A DNA stretch of 64,000 nucleotides from Guillardia theta CCMP2712. Taxonomy: Eukaryota; Protista; Cryptophyta. The notes beneath the pieces are model-generated. The model was not told where the DNA came from and ran no database searches. It saw only the letters and a list, made by a program, of their open reading frames with translations. Made by a program: the position numbers and the translations under genes. The stretch is taken from assembly GCF_000315625.1 (NCBI RefSeq), contig NW_005434517.1, positions 42,052-106,051 on the forward strand. The letters run 5' to 3'. Below are positions 37,884 to 54,357 of this stretch, piece by piece. Each line of letters opens with the position of its first letter. The stretch's first letter is position 1.

Positions 37884-39857
37884 ATGAAGGAGGAGGAGGA
37901 GGAGGAGGAGGAGGAGGCAGCTGAATCTCTCAGCGCGCATGCTGCTTGTCTCAAGCTTCAGATTCTTTCACGTCAGTTTCTCTGTCGCCAGCATGTCAGG
38001 CAGCTCAGAATGTCGATGGATCGAGCGTGGCGGAGCCGCCACGAGCCCTGCGACGTGCAAGTGAGTGCTGCAGGAGACACGTGGGCAGACATCCGATGGA
38101 GCATGCCAGCAGGAGTTGGCTTCATGAGCAGGAAGCGAGAGCATGGCATGGAGGGGGATGGCGCAGCGGGTGGGAACAGGAGGAGAAGTTCGAGGTACGT
38201 TCGCGTCAGCGTGCATGGGACGTTCGAGGTGAGCGTGGACGGAGAGGTTCGTGACCGGGTACCATGGGAGGAGGCGGCGACAGGGCTGGGGGAGGGCGAC
38301 GCCAACGACTGCATCCAGTACTGCAAGCACCGGCTGACAAATCTCCCCAAGCTCAAGGCCATGGAGGTGAAGATCAGGTTTGTTCCTGCTCCCTCCCCGA
38401 TGAGCCCTGCCCTCTCCATGCTGGATGATGCCGGGCAATGGACATCGCCGCTTCTCTCCTCCTCTCCTCCTCCCTCCTCGCCTTCCGAGTACCCCCGGGC
38501 CCTGTGCGGTCCCCTCCCCCTGATCACAGGCTGGAGCAAGAGCCTGACGGTTTGGACCAAGGGGATGCATGCAGAACGTATACACAAGCTGAAGGTGGGG
38601 AGAGGAGGACAGAAGAAGGAAGGAGACAGTGCTGATCCGAACTCTGCCAGGACCTGCTGAGGCAGGAGGAGGAGGAGGAGGAGGAGGTGATGTGACGCCT
38701 GTCCTGCTCCGTGTTTCTCATGCTTGCTGCTCAAGGATGCTACTTCTTTGTCCTCTCCCTCCGAGGACGATTCCATTCGCAGAACCTTGTCCTCCTCCAG
38801 CAACCATGCTGCCGTCCGCATGATGGGAGGCAGCTTGCTCCTCCACGTGGCTGCGACCTGACCTGTGCGCAGGATCGACGGTTTCCGCTCCTGAGCGAGG
38901 AAGGATGAAGGAGACGAAGGGGGAGAAGTTCTTCGAGCTGGACTGGAAGGCTGCGAGGGTGAAGCAGGCGAAGTTTGTGTTCGACATGGTGTACGAGAGG
39001 AAGCGAGCGGGAGGGAGGGAGGAAGTCAACGCGAGCGTTCACCAAGACCGCCTACTACAGGAGGAGGACATCATGGAAGCGATGACCTGCCTTGGGGTCG
39101 ACCTGCCTCGCTCCCAGGTGTCGAGGATGATGAGCGAGTTTGATGGCGGAGAGGAGGAGGGAGTTGACGCAGAAGCGTTCTGCTGGATGATGGACCTCTG
39201 CCCCTTCCCCGGGAGGAGGAGGAGGACGATTCAGCGCAGGCACTCCATCCGGAGGACGTTCTCGCGCGCTGAGAGCGTTTCCTCCTCCCTGTCCTCGAAC
39301 ATGTTCGAGCGAACACCGTCAAACATGTTCGAGCGAACACCGTCGAACATGTTCGAACGAACACCGTCAAACATGTTCGAGCGAACACCGTCGAACACTT
39401 CAGAGCAACAGGTGACGGCTCCTGTGTCGGATGGGGAGGAGGCTGAAGATGTTGGAGCAGGGAATGTTCTTTTCCCGCGTATCGAGTATTGTCGAAAGAG
39501 GAGGAAGAGCAGGAAGAGGGAGGGAGGAGGAGGAGGAGGAGGAGGAGGAGGAGGAGGAGGAGGAGGTGCGGTCCATTCGCTCAGTGTTAATGGAGCAGCA
39601 TCTGAGTCAAACTCTTATCCTCGGGAATCTCCCAGCAGGTTGAACTCAAGAGAGGAGGAGGAGGAGGAGGAGGAGGAGGAGAGGAACTGACTTGTTCCGA
39701 CGTGTTAGTCGGAAGCTGATGCTTGACACGGACCATCGCGAACGAAACCAACTGGAAACGGAGGATCGTTGCACGGCCGGCTTACGAGTACTCAATACTC
39801 TTCCCTCATCACCTACTATTTGGCCTTCGGGTCCTCTGGCGAATGAAGTTCTCGTAA
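37884..39857 (+). CDS. Multi-exon protein with IQ-like motif, FN3-like domain, EF-hand pair and SNMFERTP repeats
   Basis: CLKLQILSRQFLCRQ (IQ-like); EPCDVQVSAAGDTWADIRWSMP...HRLTNLPKLKAMEVKIR (FN3-like); EDIMEAMTCLGVDLPRSQVSRMMSEFDGGEEEGVDAEAF (EF-like). Confidence 0.6.
39293..39398 (+). repeat. 24-bp coding tandem repeat (SNMFERTP) x4
   Basis: tcgaacatgttcgagcgaacaccg units, in frame. Confidence 0.9.
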
Positions 39858-40100
39858 ATGAACTCTGAAGCGAACCTGTCTTGGAAGAAGAGTCGGGAAT
39901 AAACTAAAGAATAGGGCACCACTCGGATAATGCAAAAAAACATATCTCCGGGAGGAGTTGTGATTTGAGATTGCCCCCTGAAGTTGAAATGATTTATTTA
40001 TATGAAACGATGCGAAATATATCATTCAAAGTGAGATTGACTGCCTATTACAATAGTTTTATACACCCATTCCTCCGTGCCCTTCCCCTCTCCTTCTCTC

Positions 40101-40853
40101 NNNNNNNNNNNNNNNNNNNNNNNNNNNNNNNNNNNNNNNNNNNNNNNNNNNNNNNNNNNNNNNNNNNNNNNNNNNNNNNNNNNNNNNNNNNNNNNNNNNN
40201 NNNNNNNNNNNNNNNNNNNNNNNNNNNNNNNNNNNNNNNNNNNNNNNNNNNNNNNNNNNNNNNNNNNNNNNNNNNNNNNNNNNNNNNNNNNNNNNNNNNN
40301 NNNNNNNNNNNNNNNNNNNNNNNNNNNNNNNNNNNNNNNNNNNNNNNNNNNNNNNNNNNNNNNNNNNNNNNNNNNNNNNNNNNNNNNNNNNNNNNNNNNN
40401 NNNNNNNNNNNNNNNNNNNNNNNNNNNNNNNNNNNNNNNNNNNNNNNNNNNNNNNNNNNNNNNNNNNNNNNNNNNNNNNNNNNNNNNNNNNNNNNNNNNN
40501 NNNNNNNNNNNNNNNNNNNNNNNNNNNNNNNNNNNNNNNNNNNNNNNNNNNNNNNNNNNNNNNNNNNNNNNNNNNNNNNNNNNNNNNNNNNNNNNNNNNN
40601 NNNNNNNNNNNNNNNNNNNNNNNNNNNNNNNNNNNNNNNNNNNNNNNNNNNNNNNNNNNNNNNNNNNNNNNNNNNNNNNNNNNNNNNNNNNNNNNNNNNN
40701 NNNNNNNNNNNNNNNNNNNNNNNNNNNNNNNNNNNNNNNNNNNNNNNNNNNNNNNNNNNNNNNNNNNNNNNNNNNNNNNNNNNNNNNNNNNNNNNNNNNN
40801 NNNNNNNNNNNNNNNNNNNNNNNNNNNNNNNNNNNNNNNNNNNNNNNNNNNNN
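40101..40853. other. Assembly gap (N run)
   Basis: 753 consecutive N. Confidence 1.
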
Positions 40854-40899
40854 CCTCTACCACCTCCATCTCCATCTCCGTCTCCTTCTCCTTCTCTTC

Positions 40900-46205
<5,306 letters not shown>

Positions 46206-46569
46206 TCTCCAGCTTCTTTCTTCTGCTTGCTTCTCCGCGTTCTCTTACTCCTCTTCCCTCCTCCTCCTCCTCTCCTACTGTCTCCTCCAACGTCGCTCTG
46301 TCTCTGTTTCGCCTACCATGCAAGCAGGACCGTCCGTGTACCCCCTCTAATTAACCTTTATAGAGCACCCTACCCCTGTGTATGATACATAGTTCGTCCT
46401 TAAGTAATGGGTGGAAGTGGATATAGATAGATAGGACCGGTGGTCATCAGTAGAGAGGCCCTGGCCTTTTGACAAGCCTTCAGGTCAACTTGAATGGATC
46501 AACTCTTCTACTAGTACCCCTCTGTGGTGACTACAAAACAGGGGTACACCCAATATGAGCAGTTATCGA

Positions 46570-47480
46570 GGATACGGTGCACGGTGTACCGTTTTAACTT
46601 AACTTTGAGTAAACTCTGTACCGTACTACGGTGCTCAGCGGCTGCCGCACTCAGTGCGGCAGCGGCAGCGGACCGTGTCACAGTGTGGCCGCCGGGCCTC
46701 GCCGGACTGAGTCCGAGGGCGGCCGCGCCCGGGGGCCGTACTAGGCAGTACCGTAGTACGCCGGGCGGGATTTGAATTTGAATTCACTGAATATGTAGGG
46801 CCGTAAGGTGGCGAGGAAGCTTGACCGTACGGTCCTGACACTGCCGCTGTGCGACGGTCGCGCATGATCGACAGGCCACTGACGGCGAGAAGAGAAAAGC
46901 CTGACAGCGAGAACCAAAACCCGGTGAGTCATGACCGGGCCTGCCTACTACTGTCCCTCAAACTTAACTGATACCGTACCTTCACTTAACTGCGCGCAGG
47001 ACCATGCCCCCGCCACATGCGGCAGTGCGGCGTTGCCAGCGATGTCCCTGTAGCCATGCCGGGGCGAAGGAATGAGACGGCATGATAGTTATGAATGAGA
47101 CGGCACTGAGTCAAGGCTTTTTACTCAACTAGTCTCACTACCGTGGGAATCTTTATATTGGCAAACTTATCGGATACTTTTTAAAGGTGACAGAGTTTTA
47201 TAAGTTGCCTCAATTGGTCTATTTTCGGTATCGTCGCTACCGGTTCTAGTACCACATGAGTTTACTTATCAAATACTGTACCGTGATAACCGTAACTGCC
47301 CTGCCTCGTTATTACTCAAATAACGGTAACTGCCCGGCCCCCATACCTCACGGTCCTTAACTGACGTGACTCATGTCCTAGCAGTGCGGCTGGTACTACC
47401 GGTCCTTGCCCCAGCCAGTGCTGGTACATGTGACCGTGGGGGGCACTTGACTCCTCGGCGTGTGAACGGTAGGGGCCGGA
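46570..47480. repeat. GC-rich palindromic intergenic island carrying the same 20-mer as the 9-kb island
   Basis: ttaacttaactttgagtaaa at 46594-46613 is identical to 9367-9386 and is followed by a GC/GTAC-rich core. Confidence 0.75.
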
Positions 47481-47723
47481 GGAGTCATGGGCAGGCTAGA
47501 TCACGACCCCCTCGTTAGGGGACCATGAGGACCTGGCCGATACCCACCCCCCCTGGTCCCCCCCAGGCCTCTTCATATATTGAAGCCTCACGCCGACTCC
47601 TTGCTTACCACTGCACGGTTGCTTGCTCACTGCCGCTCCTGCTACACTTGCTGAGCCTGACTCCCTCATCCTTCTCCTCTTCACGCATACCCCGCCAGCT
47701 CTTCAGCTTCCTCTCTCAGAGAC

Positions 47724-48194
47724 ATGCGACCCGGGGGACACAGCTTCTCTGTGGACAAAGTCAACGAGTGGCTACGCAAAGAGCAGCTCGCCAAGTCTCA
47801 GCGCATGAAAGAAGCTCATCGGCAGCAGCGTCTTCGGCACAAGCAGCAGCATGAAGCAAGGAAGGAGAAACTGAGCCAGGGAGACACTCCGGCGCGGCAG
47901 GAGGATGGGGGAAATGAGGCACAGCAGTGGTCGTCGACTCTCGAGGAAAGCGGCTTGGACTTCTCAGCGTTGTTCGACCTCGTGGGAAATCTTATTGCAC
48001 GTGCAGGAGATCAGCTTAACGACATGCAGTCAGTGACGTCGAGCCAGAGCGACGCGGAGGACAAGAATGTCCACCAGTGGATGGCGCGGGAAGACCTGAA
48101 AGTCTCCTTGTCTCGGGTTGGAGACTTCTCAGAGGGTGTGAAGGTTGAGGAGATCCAGTTCCAAAGTGTTGACAAAAAGAAATACATCTTTTGA
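47724..48194 (+). CDS. Hypothetical protein (156 aa)
   Basis: ATG-started ORF with coding-like composition. Confidence 0.55.
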   Translation: MRPGGHSFSVDKVNEWLRKEQLAKSQRMKEAHRQQRLRHKQQHEARKEKLSQGDTPARQEDGGNEAQQWSSTLEESGLDFSALFDLVGNLIARAGDQLNDMQSVTSSQSDAEDKNVHQWMAREDLKVSLSRVGDFSEGVKVEEIQFQSVDKKKYIF

Positions 48195-48213
48195 GTAGAT
48201 GTGCAGAAGAATG

Positions 48214-50237
48214 TCACAATAAATCATCAGCTACCTCTTTTTGTAGATGCTGGTCACGCTCTAATCTCAATCTTGTTGGAATCCTTCCGCTCCTCCAGTA
48301 CAAGCGCTTCACCGCTCTCAAGGATCTCTCACGGTCGACTTTTGTCTGGGCATGAAATATCGCTAGCCGTCCTTTGAGATGGGTCACCATCGGCGCCGAA
48401 CCTCATCTATTATCGAATCATATTCACAACTCGAGGACCTAAAAAGGTTTCTTCATCCAGCCCTAAAGCCCTAAGAGTTCTTCCTCTGTCTCACACTTGT
48501 CGTCACTTCTGTTTGTTACTGACCCTTGCTCCACATTCGCTGTGCCCCACGAGTGAGGACTGTTCTGAGCGAGTGTAGGGCGGATCTGACAACGGGAGTT
48601 AAGTCTTTTAGTGATTATACATGTAGCTTGCTGTAAAGAAATCTTTACGATCTCACTCCCAAGTCACCTTGTCGCCAAATCATCTTTTGAAAGCCGATTC
48701 ACTTCTTGCTCGTCATCAGATGCCTCAAAGCGAGGCGAGAAGCTATGGGGCTTCCACAGGCCAGCTCATGAGGAAACAAGAGCTCGACATCGCCTTGCGA
48801 TCTTGCCATTCTCCTGCTGATTCGCTCTCGCTCTCGAGTAAGTAGAACAAGGTCGTCGTCTTTCAACTCCTGGGCAGTGAAGGAGAACACGAAGACTGAT
48901 TTGAGTTGCTGCGTCTGATACGGCAGACTGTTCTCAGATTCAAGCTCCTCAATCTGATCTTCATGCTCGTTCTGAATTGCTGGGCACTCATCGTGTGAAA
49001 CGTCTCGTGGCATCTCTTTGTGTTCTCCTTGCAAGGTCTTCATCGAAACAAGATGAAAGCAGACCAAGGCATATTCGAGAGAGCGTCGCAAACGAGCTTG
49101 CAACAAAATTGTGCTAGCCCTGAATGTCAAGAACTCTCTTCGGTCACGATACATTACGACAGTCTGTGCGATTCTTTCATAGCTGTTGTGACGTACTGTC
49201 ATGTCGGATTGTTCGATGAGCTTAGAATATTCGCGAACAGACCAACTTCTTTGAAAACACGAACACAAACATGCCAGCGCCTCTAATCTCCTCTCCTTTT
49301 GCATCTGAACACAAATTCTTACAAGGCGAGCAGCGATGGTTTCATGAGACTGCAGCAGTCTACACCAATGTTTCCTTGCGTTCCGCGACACCAGATAAGG
49401 TCCCAAGATCTGCATTGCGTTGAACTCCGAGCGCTGCTTGAGCATCATCATATAACGTGAGATGATCGAATGGGAGGAACAGATTTGTTGGATAGAAGCG
49501 CACCCTCTCCTGCGTATTCGACTCTGAAGCTCGGTGCTGGCTGCTCTCAGCTTTCTGTACCTCCTCACTTCAACAAACGTCCGCAGCCAGCGAGGCAGAT
49601 CTTGTCGCATGCTACTCCATTCCTTCTGCAAGCGACGTCGGAGGTATCCCTGCATGCAAGAGGCCGCACAATCCTTCACCTTGTGCTGCGTCGCCGCATC
49701 AAAACTGATCATCGCCAAGAAGCGACGAACGTGTCTCTGTGCAACCTTTGCTGCCTCTACCTGTATGGATAGCGCTCTTTGTCGCTTGTCCGTCTTCGCT
49801 CTCTGTTGCTTCATCCGATCATGCCTTATCCATCGGCACTCTTCTCTTCCGAGCATGCCTCTATACGTCCTTTGTACATCCAATGCTGCTTTTCGCACTC
49901 TCGCCTTTCCCCAGGAATCTGCCAACGACCTCAACCACAGATCAAGTTTGCTCCTCTGCCTTCCCCTGCTTTGCTGTATCCTTGCTGCCCGAGCAAAGTG
50001 CGATCGAGCTCCACACAGGTTGTCCGACTGCCTTGCGCGTATTCCGCTTTTGAGGAGGGCGATGACTCGTTCGCTGTTGGAGTCTTCACTCTCGTACCCG
50101 TCAGACAGCAAGTCTGTGGGCTCTCTCGCTGCTTCCAGACTACTCATCGCATCCTCCCCTCTCCCTCCACCATCGCCCGGACGCAGACTCGGCCTCTCCC
50201 TCCTCCTCGCGCTCCCCTTGACCCGGGTCAATGCCAT
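48214..50237 (-). CDS. IQ calmodulin-binding repeat protein
   Basis: Multiple IQ motifs: AALDVQRTYRGMLGR, AAKVAQRHVRRFLA, AASCMQGYLRRRLQ, ASTELQSRIRRR, STILLQARLRR. Small terminal exons run to about 48214 (approximate). Confidence 0.75.
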
Positions 50238-50343
50238 GTTCCAACGGCTTGTGCAGGTTGAGCTAAATTGTTTAGTTATTTTTTATGACAGAAACATTGA
50301 GCTAGGTGCAGTATTAGTAAACCTGTTGAAAGTTTGTGGCCGC

Positions 50344-53300
50344 ATGTCGTCGCAAGGGAGGGAGGGGAAGGCGCCAGGCAGCATGCTGCTGCTGCTGCTG
50401 CTGTCCTGCTCCGCTCCTCCTGCTCCCTTCGTGACCTCAGCATCTAGTGGACTGAGATTTGTCTCCTCCTCCTCCTCCCTTCATCTCCTTCCTGCAGTGT
50501 TGAAGCATACTGGTCGCATCACCCTAGAGCAAACTTTGAGGCTGCGAGGAGGGGACAGCAACGATTGCAATGAGTTTGGCGGGTATCAAGTGCTGAACAA
50601 TGAGATGAGAGAGAGCTTCGATACAGTGATGAAGCGAAGGTTCGTGTTCATGCAGTCATTTCTCATCCATGGAGGTGGGAGCACCTGACGGCGCATGCGC
50701 CTTCTGATGTACATGGCAGGAGTTTCTGGGCTCTTCGATTACGGACCGATAGGTTGCTCCATCAAGAACAACATCGTCGACGCATGGAGAAAGTTCTTTG
50801 TGAGCTCTACCTCTCTGTCAGACAAGTCCGTGACTGTCGATGACGCGAAGGTGGTGAGCGATGGGATGCTCGAGGTCGCGTGTCCGTCAATCACCCCTCA
50901 TCGAGTGCTGGAGGCGTCAGGGCATGTCAAGAGATTCACAGACCTGATGGTTAGAGACGAGACGAGCGGAGAATGTGAGAGGCTGTTCGCATGCGACCCC
51001 ATGTGAACGGGTTGCAGGTTTCCGAGCGGACAAGCTGATCGAAGAGTTCTGCGATGTGGACCTGATGAAAGATGCAAAGCATTCGAATGAAACCAGACGG
51101 TAGATGCCAGGTTGTGTTGAAACATCGAAGTTAACGTGTCTTGGTTGGCAGTGAAATGATGATGAGTTTGAAAGCAAGAGCAGGCAGTATGACGATAGAG
51201 CAAGTTGAGGATGCGATATCAACTTTCAACATCACATCACTCAGCACTGGAGCAAAGCTCTCAAAGGTGAATGTCCTTGCAACTTGCCTCTCTTCTTGAC
51301 ACATTCCAGCCGTTGCCTTTCAATCTCATGTTCAAGAGCACCATCGGACCCTCGTCTGGGTCGTCTGTCTTCCTTCGACCGGAAACCGCACAGGTTGTCC
51401 GATAAGTTGAAATGACTTCGTAATGTCAACGATCAGTGAGCACGGAACTTGTTTCTATGTGACATGATGTTTTGGACACGTATGGTGTTGCAATGATAGT
51501 TCGTCACGACACGCGCTACCTTGAGCGTTGGAAATCTTGTTTTGATTACTAATTCATTCTTCTCTACAGGGAATCTTCACCAACTTCAAGAGACTTCTTG
51601 AGTTCAACGGCGGAAAGCTACCGATGACTATTGCTCAGATCGGAAAATCATTTAGAAACGAGATTGCGCCGAAGCAAGGTCTCGAGAAGAGAGCTACCTT
51701 CGTCTCTTGATTTCGTGATCCAGGGCTGCTAAGACAACGTGAGTTTGAAATGGCTGAGATCGAGCATTTCCTTGCCAACGGAGAAACCGGACATGTCGAG
51801 TTCTGCAAGGTGAGGGAGGCGGAGCACATAGATGGAAGCTGACGGGTAAAGCAGATGGCAGACGTGGAGGTCTGTCTTTTCTCTAGGACGGCGCAGGAGA
51901 GAGGAGAAGCTGAGAGTTGGACTACACTCGGGCAAGCAGTGGAGGATGGAATCATCGTCAACCAGGCATTCTCCTCCTCTTCCTCTTCCTCTTCCTCTTC
52001 CTCTTCCTCTTCCTCTTCCTCCTCATGGCTCTTGCAGGCTCTGGCCTACTTCCTTGGTAAGACGCAAAAGTTTCTCCGGCAATGTGGAATCAAGGCCATT
52101 CGATTCCGGTATGAGCGACAGGGCGTTCTCTGTTGGTCGTGTTTCCGTTGCTTGTGCTTTTCTTTCTTCTCCCTTTCGCTTCATTTCATCTGATCTGTTG
52201 AAATCTTCTCTCCCCTCCTCCCGTCCCTTGGCTCCTGCCCCTCCCTTCCTGTCACTTCCTCCCATTCTCCTCCATTCTTCTCAACTCCCCTCCCGACCCC
52301 TTGCGTTCATTCCGTGACCGTCAGTACTTTCTCGCTTGTTTGACTCTTGACTTGCAACGGTTGTGGACCTGATCTATTGCGTGTCAAACATGACACCTGC
52401 AATCTCTTTGTTTTCTTGCTTGTCAAACTTGACGACTCAAACCTCTACATTCACCTCATTACAGGCAGCACCGGGCAACAGAGATGGCGCATTACGCGCA
52501 AGACTGCTGGGACGCGGAGGTTCTCTGCTCCTACGGCTGGGTGGAGGTAGTGGGGCATGCAGATCGAGCGTGTTTCGACCTCCAGATGCACTCGGAGGCG
52601 ACGGACGTGCCGCTCGTGGCGTGGGAGCAGCACCAGGAACCGCGCGAGAGACGAGTCGTGCAGGCCACGATTGACCGGTGCTGCAACCGCTGGAGGAGGA
52701 GACGGAGGAGGAGGAGGAGGAGGAGGAGGAGGAGGAGGAGGAGGTGGTGGTGGTCATGGTCATGGTAGTTGTGGTGGAGGAGGATGAGGAGGTGTTGGAT
52801 GTGGAGGGATGTTGAAGGGGCGACAATGATAGAGTGAAAGAATAGGGGAAAGGAGGATGAGGAAAACAAAAGGAGAGCGAGTGTCTGACTGCGGTCTAGG
52901 GCTTTGATTGGCAAGGCGTTTCGAGCTCGCAGCAAGCTCGTGGTCGAGGCGCTTGAAAAGTTTGCAGAGAAGGAGGGGGAAGAGGCGCTTGCCTTTCAGA
53001 AGGGGAAGGAGGAAGGAGCACCAGAAGCGCTCAAGTTGCGAGTAGAAGAGGAGGAGCTCGAAATCCCAGCTGCATGCGTTTCCTTCAAAGAGACGATCGT
53101 TCGGTTTACCAGCTCATCCCCTCTTCTTTCATCCCTCCTCTCCTTTCCCCCCCCCCGTCTTCCTCCTCATCACTTCCCTTCAGCCCTTGTTGCTTGTCCC
53201 TGACGAGGCAGGCAGCGAGCATGGAGCCTTCTATTATCCCCGGGTCGTCGAGCCTTCCTTTGGACTTGACCGTTTGTTCTACTGTATACCAGCAAACCTC

Positions 53301-54327
53301 CTTTCTCCTCTCACCTCCCTCCTCCCCTGCTTCCTGCTCCCTGCCCCCTGCTCCTTCCTCTGCTTTTCTTATCTGCGCCCCTTCTTCTCTCCTCCTCTCT
53401 TCCTCTTCTCCTCCTCTCCACTTCTTCTCTACTCCACTTCTTTTCCGTTTCCTCTTTCTCGCCATCTGCTAAGCAGTCTCGTCCTATCCTTGCTCTCCTC
53501 CTCTTTGCGCTCCTCCCATTCTTTATATCCAGGTGTACTGATCGTCGTTCCCTTTCCCTTCAGGCTCCCTTGAGCATGCGTTCTACGTGCGAGGCAACGA
53601 TCATGAGGTCCTTCTGCTTCATCTCCTTCTGCTGCTGCTCCTGCTGCTGCTCCTGCCTGTCAGCTCCTGCTCCTTCCCTTGAACATCCTCGCAGAGAACG
53701 GTGCTGGGTCTTCCTGTCTCCATCGCTCCCTTCCAGTGTTGCATGCTGGGGCTCTCTTCCAACGATCAGCTCATGCCAATAGTGTACGAGATACACGAGG
53801 AGATGAGGAAAATGGTCATACCCTTCCTTCCTACCTTCCTTCTTGCCTTCCTTCCTACCTTCCTTCTTGCCTTCCTTCCTTCCTGCCTTCTCCTACTTGC
53901 TTTTACCTCGTTCACTTTTGCAGGGCGTCAATTGCCGTCTTGATGACTCTGCTGCGAATATCGGCAAGCGATACGCTCGCATGGACGAGATTGGAGTTCC
54001 TTTTGCAGTGACGGTGATAGGAGGAGGAGGGGGAGGGAGTGGAGGAGGAGGAGGAGGGTCAACATGTGACATGGAGCAGGTCGACTTTCAGTCTTGTCAG
54101 GATGGAACTGTCACGGTGAGATGCTCGCTTCATGCCCCACTCCTCTCCCCTCTTCTCCAGCCTCCTTCACTCACCATGAGCAACTTCAGCTACGGGAGCG
54201 CGACAGCATGGAGCAGGTCAGGGTGCCCAAGGAGGAGGTTCCACAGCTTGTCCGCTCGCTGTGTGAGGCTCGAGAGTCTCCCGATGTCAGCTGGGCGGCA
54301 GCTAAGGAGCGGTACCCTAGCGTTTAG
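50344..54327 (+). CDS. GARS: Glycyl-tRNA synthetase (eukaryotic/archaeal homodimeric type) with a bipartite-like leader ending LRLRGG
   Basis: [15 protein letters not shown]|[129 protein letters not shown]. Confidence 0.96.
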
Positions 54328-54357
54328 AGGGCTCAGCTCAAGTTCAGCTGGGGTATA

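Noticed and set aside
49534-50343. 5' part of the 384-aa plus-strand ORF
   Set aside because: It is the antisense shadow of the IQ-repeat gene. Only the part from ATG 50344 belongs to GlyRS.
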